NCBI GenBank assembly: GCA_027319565.1
Contig: DAHVNA010000001.1
Location: forward strand, 107,526-171,525
Length of the DNA stretch: 64,000 nucleotides
Origin: Elusimicrobiota bacterium
GTDB lineage: Bacteria > Elusimicrobiota > Elusimicrobia > UBA1565 > UBA9628
Direction of reading: 5' to 3'
A model generated the notes under the pieces. That model had not been told where the DNA came from, did not search any database, and worked only from the letters and a program-made list of their open reading frames with translations. Position numbers and translations under genes: made by a program. The first letter of the stretch is position 1. The number at the start of each line of letters is the position of its first letter. This document shows, piece by piece, positions 56,764 through 64,000 of the stretch.

Positions 56764-57734
56764 GAGCGGCTATTTTAGCTTGTTTGTTTTTTGGAGGCGT
56801 TCTCTTTGCCGCGGCGGATTCTCAAAACGGCGGGAATGCCGCGAGCGGGCAAGGAGTGTTGCCGGAGGTCCTCATCGAAGCCGAGCATAACAAGCCTTTG
56901 CCGTTGTCCAAACCACCCTTGAGTTTTGATGTCAAGGAAGACCAGCCAATCGAAAAGATTCTCAAACAAACGGACCGTTCTTTGATGAATCGTCTTCCTT
57001 CTCAAATACTAAAATCAAACGTCTTTAAGCCAGAGATTTCAGTCAGCTCTCGGGTTATTATTCCGTCCCAGATTTGGATTGTCCGGCCTTGGGCGGGAGA
57101 TTTCGCGCATGTTTTTCACCCGCAAAATATCCTATCAAGCATTCACGCCTTTGAAGATAATCGAAACGAGCGCAAGAAGGCAGTTTGGGAAATGGACGTG
57201 GTCGATGGAGAGGGAAAATCAATCCAGCATTTTTCCGGTTCCGGAGTCGTGCCCAAGCGGATACCCTTTGACGGGAAAGACAAGGATGGAAAATGGATCG
57301 AAGTCGGAGAGACCTACATGGGAGTTCTCAAAAACACCGATTCTCAAGGCAGGATTCATACCGCCTACGGCCGTCCTTTTAAAATAGCGGGGCTCAGCCT
57401 CAAGAATTCTTCCTCTTTTTCTATCGACTTGGACGCGGGAGTTCTTTTTTCCACCTCTTCTGCCGTTCTTGAGTTTTCTCCCTTCGGGCGGGAACTGATT
57501 GTAGAAGCCGCCCAGTTGCTGCAAAGATATTATCCCGGCTTTTCGGTTGCGGCATCTCTTTCGAGCAAACGCTTAAATTCCCAAGAACTTAAAAAAGCCG
57601 TTTCCCTGTGCGCCGAGGAAATCGCAAATAGACTCATTATTTCCTCGTCTAATATCCGAAAGAGTTGGAACCGTCAAGATGCGGGAGGAGAGGGAGTTCT
57701 CGCCATTTCAGTCCAATCCCAGGCTCGGCCGTAA
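56760..57734 (+). CDS. Exported protein with one FlgD-like Ig module and a degenerate OmpA-like C-terminus
   Basis: Signal peptide; WEMDVVDGEGKSIQHFSGSG...FDGKDKDG...Y; IDLDAGVLF...AAQLLQRY. Confidence 0.6.
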   Translation: MRAAILACLFFGGVLFAAADSQNGGNAASGQGVLPEVLIEAEHNKPLPLSKPPLSFDVKEDQPIEKILKQTDRSLMNRLPSQILKSNVFKPEISVSSRVIIPSQIWIVRPWAGDFAHVFHPQNILSSIHAFEDNRNERKKAVWEMDVVDGEGKSIQHFSGSGVVPKRIPFDGKDKDGKWIEVGETYMGVLKNTDSQGRIHTAYGRPFKIAGLSLKNSSSFSIDLDAGVLFSTSSAVLEFSPFGRELIVEAAQLLQRYYPGFSVAASLSSKRLNSQELKKAVSLCAEEIANRLIISSSNIRKSWNRQDAGGEGVLAISVQSQARP

Positions 57735-57741
57735 GAATCGT

Positions 57742-58374
57742 TTATCTCACTGTGCCGTTTTTTTTGGCTCGCCAAAATTCAAAAAGGCCTGGAAGCAAGG
57801 AAATAAAGATGACGACCAGAATGACCAAATGGATGCGTCGGCCGATGTTGGGGATTAGCCCTGCCAAGGAATAGCCTCCGCCGGCCATGGCGAGAATCCA
57901 AAGAAGGCCGCCGACGATATTGTAAGCGACGAAACGAGAGTAAGGCATTTCAGCCACTCCGGCGACCGCGGGGGCGAAAGTTCTGACAATGGGAATAAAA
58001 CGGGCCAAAACGATGGTTTTCGCTCCATATTGTTCATAAAAATCGTGCGCCCGCCGCAAGTGTTTTTTCTTAAAAAAAAGAGAATCCTCTTTTTGAAAAA
58101 GGCTGTGTCCGGCCTTAAGCCCGATTCCGTATCCGATTTGATCTCCTAAGATGGCGGCGATAGAAGCGGCGATTAAAAGCCAAGAAATAGAGAGTTCTCC
58201 CGTTTTCGCGAAAATTCCGGCCGTGACCAAAAGAGAGTCTCCGGGCAAAAAGAAACCGAAAAAAAGGCCGGTTTCGGCAAACAGGATGAGAGAAATCAGC
58301 GAAATTCCGCCCCAACTGATTAAGGCTTTGACATCATAAATTTCGCGAACGATATGGATAAGCGAGTGGATCAT
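57742..58374 (-). CDS. DedA family membrane protein
   Basis: FAETGLFFGFFLPGDSLL, GDQIGY, ARFIPIVRTFAP. Confidence 0.95.
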   Translation of the reverse strand: MIHSLIHIVREIYDVKALISWGGISLISLILFAETGLFFGFFLPGDSLLVTAGIFAKTGELSISWLLIAASIAAILGDQIGYGIGLKAGHSLFQKEDSLFFKKKHLRRAHDFYEQYGAKTIVLARFIPIVRTFAPAVAGVAEMPYSRFVAYNIVGGLLWILAMAGGGYSLAGLIPNIGRRIHLVILVVIFISLLPGLFEFWRAKKNGTVR

Positions 58375-58375
58375 T

Positions 58376-59626
58376 TTAGATGAGAAGTCCTGCGATGGCC
58401 GCGCTTAAAAAGCAGGTTAAAGAACCCGCGATCCAAGCATAAACTCCAAGGCGCGCCAGGTCTTTTCTGCGCTTGGGAGCCAAGACTCCGATTCCTCCGA
58501 TTTGAATTCCGATAGAGAGAAGATTTGAAAAACCGCACAGAGCGTAGGCGGCGATGATTTGAGAGCGCATATCCAAGGCTTGGCGAACAGACAAGATTTT
58601 GGACATATCGGTGTAGGCTACAAATTCATTGAGAATCGTCTTTTCCCCCATTAAAAACCCCACGGTTTTACAATCTTTCCAGGGAACTCCCAATATCCAC
58701 GCAATCGGAGACAAGGCTCGGCCCAAGATGAATTCAAGCCCGATGTCGGGGCGCCCGAAATAGCCGAAGATAATGTGAAGCCCGGCATTAATCATCGCCA
58801 GCATCGCCATGAAGGCAATTAGCATGGCCGCAACGTTGAGCGCGAGTTTGAGCCCGGTCTCGGCTCCGCTTGCCGCCGCTTCCAAGACATTGGAGTCGGT
58901 GTTAGAGTTGAGTTTTGGAATAAAACCGCTGGTTTCCGGGGTTTGGGTCTCAGGAATGATCAGTTTTGAGATGACCAATGAGCCAATGGCGGATAAGACG
59001 CTTGCCGCTAAAAGATGGCCGGCGATATCGGGAATGTAGGCTTTTAAAAGCCCGACATAGGCGATCATGACTCCGCCTGAAATCGTCGCCATTCCAGCCA
59101 CCATCACGCAGAATAACTCGGATTCCGTCATGTTTTCTAGATAGGGTTTGACTAAAAGCGGGGCCTCTGTTTGTCCCATAAAGACGTTGGCGGCGGCGTT
59201 GAGGGTTTCCGCGCCCGAGGTTTTTAAAGCGCGTTTCATGAGATGGGCCATGAGCGAAATTACCCATTGCATAATTCCCAGATAATAAAAAACGGACATC
59301 AGCGAAGAAAGAAAAATAACGCTGGGCAAGACTTGGAAGGCGAAGAAAAATCCGATAGAACCGGATTGCCCCGGCGGAATCGACAGCGCGTTAAAGACAA
59401 ATTTTCCGCCTTCTTCTTGAAAGGCCAAGAGGCTGGTGACCAAATCGTTGACCTTGGCAAAAACCCAGTGTCCGCTTGCGGTCTTTAAAATGAGGAGTGC
59501 GAAAATAAATTGAAGGAAAACCCCCCAGCCGACCACGGCCCAATTAATTTTTTTCCCGCGGCCGCCAAGCAGGCGCGCAAACAACAGCATTGCGATAATG
59601 CCAAAGAAGCTCATCAGCCTAGGCAT
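58376..59626 (-). CDS. Concentrative nucleoside transporter (CNT/NupC family)
   Basis: FFFAFQVLP, FMGQTEAP, GMATISG, KTILNEFVAY, ALCGFSN. Confidence 0.95.
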   Translation of the reverse strand: MPRLMSFFGIIAMLLFARLLGGRGKKINWAVVGWGVFLQFIFALLILKTASGHWVFAKVNDLVTSLLAFQEEGGKFVFNALSIPPGQSGSIGFFFAFQVLPSVIFLSSLMSVFYYLGIMQWVISLMAHLMKRALKTSGAETLNAAANVFMGQTEAPLLVKPYLENMTESELFCVMVAGMATISGGVMIAYVGLLKAYIPDIAGHLLAASVLSAIGSLVISKLIIPETQTPETSGFIPKLNSNTDSNVLEAAASGAETGLKLALNVAAMLIAFMAMLAMINAGLHIIFGYFGRPDIGLEFILGRALSPIAWILGVPWKDCKTVGFLMGEKTILNEFVAYTDMSKILSVRQALDMRSQIIAAYALCGFSNLLSIGIQIGGIGVLAPKRRKDLARLGVYAWIAGSLTCFLSAAIAGLLI

Positions 59627-61214
59627 GGCTAAAGACCTCGGCTTTAGAATGTTTTGAAAAAGAGAGAGCGAAGAATGTTATGGATAAGAGCGCATATGCC
59701 GCGGAAAACTGATAGGGAATTTGATTGGCCGGATAGGCCAAGGTCCAAGGCCCATACATCGAGCCGTCCGGGGATGCGGAATGAACAATTCCAAAAAATG
59801 AAAAGACAGACAATAGCATGAGATAAAATGAAGAACGCTTGAGCTTCCCATCAATTAATTCCGCCATGAATGCGCCCCAGAGCATCGCGGTCAAGATAAA
59901 TCCGTTTCCAAGGGCCGTAATGACAAGAACTTCGGGCAAGCCTTTTCCGACGGCATTGAGAAGAGTCTGAAATTTTTCCGGGCTAATCCAATCGGGGTTT
60001 GAAATTTTAATTTGTAAAAGCCGCGCTACGGTGGGAAAATAAGAGAAGGCGACGGCCGGGGCATGCCGGGCGGGGCAGGAGAGAAACGCCTGGCAGATGA
60101 TGTCTAAGGCCACGAAAATGAGAATAGGAGCGATGACGGCCCGAGGAATTAATTCGACGATAGCCCCTAAATATCCAAAGATTCCTCCGAGTCCTATGAA
60201 GAGCCCGGTGAGGAGTGTGTATCCATAGCGGCTTCCCATATGCTTATAGGCGGGTTGACCGATATAAGGCGTTGACTGCGCGACCCCGCCGAAAATTCCG
60301 GCAATCAAGGTCGCGACGGCCTCGGTTAGAAGAATATCCCGGGTGTTAAAATTGTCGCCCGCGACTTTTGCGCTTTCAGTGACATTGATTCCCCCGACGA
60401 CGGTCAAAATTCCAAAGGGAAGGGCGATTGGCAGATATCGGAGGGAAGGAATAAAACCATGGACAAATCCCAGTGTCGGGAGCGGAAACCCAAAATGAAA
60501 GGTGATGCTGGGGGGAGAATAATGGCCTCCCACAAGCCCATGCGGAGCCAAGAGATAATAAAGAAAAGTTCCCAGTCCTATCGCGGTTAAAACTCCGGGA
60601 AAATTCCACGGGAGTTTTCTGTGGGCGACCAAGGAATAAAGAATCAACCCCAAGGATAAAACCCCGACTAAGGGCATTCCAAAGACCTCGGCCAAAGGGA
60701 CAAATCCAATTAAGGCAAGGCCGATTCCGGCTAAGGATCCCAAAAGTCCGGCCTGGGGCACCGCTTTTCTGACCCAATCGCCGAAAAACGAAAGAATGAG
60801 CTTTAAAACTCCAATGGAAATCATGGTCGCCATTCCGATTTCCCAGGCTTGAATGGCCGCCGCCTGCGGGGAAAGCCCCTGGTTTTTAAGCGCGATAAAA
60901 GACGGGCCGAGAACCGTCAGGGCGATTCCGATAGTCGAGGGAGTGTCCAAGCCCAAGGGCATGGCGGTGACGGATTCCTTTCCAGTTTTTTTAGCCAGGC
61001 GAAAGGCCATCCAGGTATAGACGAGATCGCCAAAAAGAACGCCCAAAGCCGTTCCCGGAAACATTCTTCCGTAGACGATGTTTTCCGGGAAATGAAATCC
61101 AAAAATCAGGATTCCGGCTAGGAAAGAAAGGACGGTCAGATTGTCGAAAGCAAGGCCGAAAAAACCGTTCAAATCGCCAAGCCCGATTAAATTGCCAACG
61201 GCGTTTCTTTCCAT
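59619..61214 (-). CDS. NCS2-like (xanthine/uracil/vitamin C-type) permease
   Basis: GDLNGFFGLAFDNL, TAMPLGLDTP, NVTESAKVAGD, TPYIGQPAYK; many TMs; upstream of the CNT gene. Confidence 0.75.
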   Translation of the reverse strand: MERNAVGNLIGLGDLNGFFGLAFDNLTVLSFLAGILIFGFHFPENIVYGRMFPGTALGVLFGDLVYTWMAFRLAKKTGKESVTAMPLGLDTPSTIGIALTVLGPSFIALKNQGLSPQAAAIQAWEIGMATMISIGVLKLILSFFGDWVRKAVPQAGLLGSLAGIGLALIGFVPLAEVFGMPLVGVLSLGLILYSLVAHRKLPWNFPGVLTAIGLGTFLYYLLAPHGLVGGHYSPPSITFHFGFPLPTLGFVHGFIPSLRYLPIALPFGILTVVGGINVTESAKVAGDNFNTRDILLTEAVATLIAGIFGGVAQSTPYIGQPAYKHMGSRYGYTLLTGLFIGLGGIFGYLGAIVELIPRAVIAPILIFVALDIICQAFLSCPARHAPAVAFSYFPTVARLLQIKISNPDWISPEKFQTLLNAVGKGLPEVLVITALGNGFILTAMLWGAFMAELIDGKLKRSSFYLMLLSVFSFFGIVHSASPDGSMYGPWTLAYPANQIPYQFSAAYALLSITFFALSFSKHSKAEVFSHA

Positions 61215-61287
61215 TGGTAAATTCTACCTGATTTTGAGGGCGGTAACCGAGTTGCTGGCTTGAAAATGTGTTTCCCGTTCTCGGTCT

Positions 61288-61353
61288 AGGCCTTTTGTTG
61301 GCGCGAGTCTGGGCCTTTAGGCCCAGGGAAAAAATGGGCGTTTAGCTTATACT
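61288..61353. promoter_or_regulatory. Candidate operator array and -10 box in the divergent permease/kinase intergenic region
   Basis: Perfect dyad CTGGGCCT-TT-AGGCCCAG (61309-61326); related decamers at 61288, 61311, 61336; TATACT at 61348. Confidence 0.45.
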
Positions 61354-61357
61354 AATA

Positions 61358-62422
61358 ATGATGAAGGAAAAACTCTTCAAATTCCGAAAATTCCGATGGG
61401 GAATTGGGTTTCTCGCGTTATGGATGGGGTTTCCCGTTTGGGCTCTTGAGTCTTCCGCGCGCTTTGAAGAGCCGGTTCCAATTAATTTACATTCTTTTTC
61501 CAATGCCGTCCAACCCAATGATGTTTTGCCCGATCTGGGAAATTCTCCGAAAGAGATTTCTTTCCCAAGCGAAATTTTTCATAGAAAAGAGCGCCTTTTA
61601 AGTCCTCAGGTTCCTTTAGCTAGACCCCATGATCTAGCAGACAACGATCCTGCTCGGGGCTTTGTGCCATTTGAGAGAGTTGTCGAAAATTCCCCAAAAT
61701 CCGTATTTCAGACGAAAACCGCTTCTCGCCTCAATCAGGAGTCGTTTAAAAGTCCTGTTAGCGGCGGGGTTCTTTTTGACGGCGCTCAAGAAAAAGAGGG
61801 GCCGTGGAAATACGATTTGGAGGGAGCGTTGTGGTTTTCCGGTCAACAGGCGCAACTGATAGGTTCCGGTTCTTATGGGCGCGTTTTTGCGCATCCCGCT
61901 AATCAAGACTGGGTCGTTAAAGTGATTCACGGCAGCAGGATTTACGGGGCGACCGCGTTTTATGAACATCCGGAATTTTCCAATCTTGAGAAATTGTCTC
62001 AAGCCCATCTTTCTCCGCGCCCGATAGATACGGGTCTCATAAATGGCATTCCCTATATTATTTCAGAGCGGGTGCATGGCGCGACCTTAGGAGACATCAT
62101 TGGCGAGAAAAAATTTGGCATTAGGGAGTTAAAATTATTGCGGCAGATGTTTAACTCTCTTTTAAAGAGCCGGTTTTCCATCGTCGATCTAACCCCCAGC
62201 AATGTCATGTTGGGGCATACGGCGTCTAATCCAGAACCCCAAGCCTATATTATTGACGCGGGGCTTTTAACTTCGATTAGCGTTTTTGCTAATCCTTTTA
62301 TTGATATCCAAGATTTGGTGAAAGATTGCAACGATTTGCTACGCCGATCAGGGAGCGTTCGAAAAATCGAGTTTGCGCGCCGGGAGATTGGTCATAAAGC
62401 CGCGCTTTTTTTCTCGCGTTAA
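61358..62422 (+). CDS. Signal-peptide-bearing Hanks-type (Ser/Thr) protein kinase-like protein
   Basis: IGSGSYGRVF, VVK, IVDLTPSNVM, IIDAG; N-terminal KFRKFRWGIGFLALWMGFPVWA. Confidence 0.75.
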   Translation: MMKEKLFKFRKFRWGIGFLALWMGFPVWALESSARFEEPVPINLHSFSNAVQPNDVLPDLGNSPKEISFPSEIFHRKERLLSPQVPLARPHDLADNDPARGFVPFERVVENSPKSVFQTKTASRLNQESFKSPVSGGVLFDGAQEKEGPWKYDLEGALWFSGQQAQLIGSGSYGRVFAHPANQDWVVKVIHGSRIYGATAFYEHPEFSNLEKLSQAHLSPRPIDTGLINGIPYIISERVHGATLGDIIGEKKFGIRELKLLRQMFNSLLKSRFSIVDLTPSNVMLGHTASNPEPQAYIIDAGLLTSISVFANPFIDIQDLVKDCNDLLRRSGSVRKIEFARREIGHKAALFFSR

Positions 62423-62426
62423 TTTA

Positions 62427-64000
62427 ATGAAGATATCTGCTCAAATTCTGTGGAGCCTTTTTCTTTTGATTTCTGCTCCCTTTTCTTATGCCGCTTCCGG
62501 CTGGGTTGAGGCGGATCCTGCGGGAGGCTTTTCAAAATATAACCCGGCGACCGTCGACCGGATTGAGTTTGGGAATCAATTTCAGAATCAGGGAATGGAT
62601 CAATGGTGCGATCGATTCCCTCTCATCGTGCCCCTCAGTCAAGACTTTGTCAACGGTTTGGGGCCGGGAAGTTTGTTGGTCGGGGGAACTTTTTCGGGAA
62701 CTAGACAATTTCTCCGCTATCCCGATGGCAGTCTTGCTCTCAACGATCAATTGGAAATTAAATTTCAAAGCGGATATGCGATGACCGCCGTCAAGAGCGC
62801 GGCAGGCATTTCTCAGAGGGCTTTAGGGGTTTACGCGGGGGTTTCCGTCGATGGGCAGTCGATTGTCACCCGTCCGCTTCACACCGCTGACTCTTGCAGC
62901 CAGGTCAAACGCCTTCTCAACGTGCTTGACTTTAAAACCGTTCTCCCGCTCAATGCCAAGAGAATTTCAAAAATGGAAGTGGGGGAATTGTGGGAAATTC
63001 CGCTGGTCTATCAGATTTCTTTTGAGCCTTTGGACGCGGCCCAGGTCCTGGAAACTCCGGGGTCTTTTACGCCTTTTTCCGCTTATTTCGCGATAGGCTT
63101 GTCTAAAACCGCGGACCCCACCGTGACTCTTTTTAGAAAATCTTCGCACGATTTGCGCCTCAAAATCCATTTCGATCAATTTAAGACCGTCAGCGCTTCC
63201 GGCGGAGCGGTCGTAGGGCCGATTCCAGCCACCGATATTGGAACTCCGGGAATTGAGTCGCTTTTATCGAACATGCTTCCGAATCTTATCTCGAATCCCG
63301 CGCTTAAACTTTTAACGCGAGAGGTGGATGATTATCTCGCGGCCCAGATTGCGGTTTTAGTCTCTCAAGAGCGCGGCGGGCAAATTTTACTCGAATACCG
63401 CTTGGATCCCGCCAATCAAAAACAGATGGAAGAACTCGCCAAGCTTTTGAAAGGCGATTTGAGCGTTCTTTCAGCGATGAAAAATCTGTTGGTCGACTGG
63501 AGGGGACGAGAAAACAAAGATATCGAAAAAACCCTCAACGCTTTAAGGCAAAGGCATTTGGAACATTTGCGCGTTTCCGAATCCTTGTCCGGTTTTGATC
63601 ATTATCGACAGAGTCTTAAAACGCTCAATTTTTCGGTTCCGTTTCTTTTTAATTACAGCGGCTCGGTCGCGCGGAACACCGATCATTATGTGATCGCAGC
63701 GCCCCGAGGTCTTGAGTTCTATTCCTATAAGTCTCAAAAACAATCGAATTGGGGATTTTTAAAGCCCCCGATTGTGGGCTCTTCGTTGAGGCATAATCAG
63801 AGTCAAAGCGTGCAATCCCTTGTTTTTCTCAATGCGCGCCACGCTTCTAAAAATAAGGATGAGCAATTAATAGTTTATAACCGGGAAACCGGCATTTTGC
63901 GCTTGGGAGATATCCAGCAGGAGTTGTCTCGAATTGATTCTTTGATTGCCTCTATCGGGTCTCTTCAAAATTTTCCGCCTGAGGCGGAAATTCCCAAAAA
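62427..64000 (+). CDS. Large hypothetical secreted protein, truncated by the window end (absent from the ORF track)
   Basis: Manual translation MKISAQILWSLFLLISAPFSYAASGWVEADP... stays open to base 64000 (more than 520 codons). Confidence 0.8.
   Translation, partial: MKISAQILWSLFLLISAPFSYAASGWVEADPAGGFSKYNPATVDRIEFGNQFQNQGMDQWCDRFPLIVPLSQDFVNGLGPGSLLVGGTFSGTRQFLRYPDGSLALNDQLEIKFQSGYAMTAVKSAAGISQRALGVYAGVSVDGQSIVTRPLHTADSCSQVKRLLNVLDFKTVLPLNAKRISKMEVGELWEIPLVYQISFEPLDAAQVLETPGSFTPFSAYFAIGLSKTADPTVTLFRKSSHDLRLKIHFDQFKTVSASGGAVVGPIPATDIGTPGIESLLSNMLPNLISNPALKLLTREVDDYLAAQIAVLVSQERGGQILLEYRLDPANQKQMEELAKLLKGDLSVLSAMKNLLVDWRGRENKDIEKTLNALRQRHLEHLRVSESLSGFDHYRQSLKTLNFSVPFLFNYSGSVARNTDHYVIAAPRGLEFYSYKSQKQSNWGFLKPPIVGSSLRHNQSQSVQSLVFLNARHASKNKDEQLIVYNRETGILRLGDIQQELSRIDSLIASIGSLQNFPPEAEIPK

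Noticed and set aside
61215..61357. Purine riboswitch ahead of the nucleobase/nucleoside transporters
   Set aside because: No purine-riboswitch core motif; a -10 box sits 6 nt from the ATG, leaving no leader
62488..63743. Short ORFs suggesting a degraded or frameshifted region
   Set aside because: They are shadows of one uninterrupted frame starting at 62427

Overview
Gene-dense bacterial chromosomal window with no integrase, transposase, rRNA or CRISPR array. Gene content and style suggest Elusimicrobiota, but this is inference only. In order: the 3' end of acnA; a minus-strand etfB-etfA-flavin amine oxidoreductase-phytol kinase-like-thioesterase run with an orphan tRNA-Tyr(GTA); envelope genes (GT-C glycosyltransferase, mltB, O-antigen ligase/TPR); a type IV pilus/T2SS-like operon (OmpA/Ig head gene, PilM-PilN fusion, frameshifted PilO, PilP-like, Gly/Met-rich secretin, PilB, PilC, four pilins); hopanoid side-chain genes hpnK and hpnJIL; tatA/tatC; a dihaem cytochrome c; ruvAB; a SpoIID protein; a two-component cluster; an ankyrin-caspase lipoprotein; a GldAFG-type ABC module; a divergent 11-kb operon (giant TPR protein, 8x Ig-repeat/OmpA protein, ExbB/TolQ, two ExbD/TolR, TonB, HAMP protein, receiver, Ig/OmpA-like protein); nucleoside/nucleobase transporters; a signal-peptide-bearing Hanks-type kinase; and a secreted protein running off the right end. 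The best candidate for an undescribed system is the receptor-less TonB/ExbBD motor operon, whose Ig module is shared with the head gene of the pilus operon. Also notable: palindromic elements lying in frame inside genes (two copies of one REP-like family, plus a decamer hairpin forming a 48-aa prepilin leader), and many -10 boxes placed directly before start codons, suggesting leaderless mRNAs.
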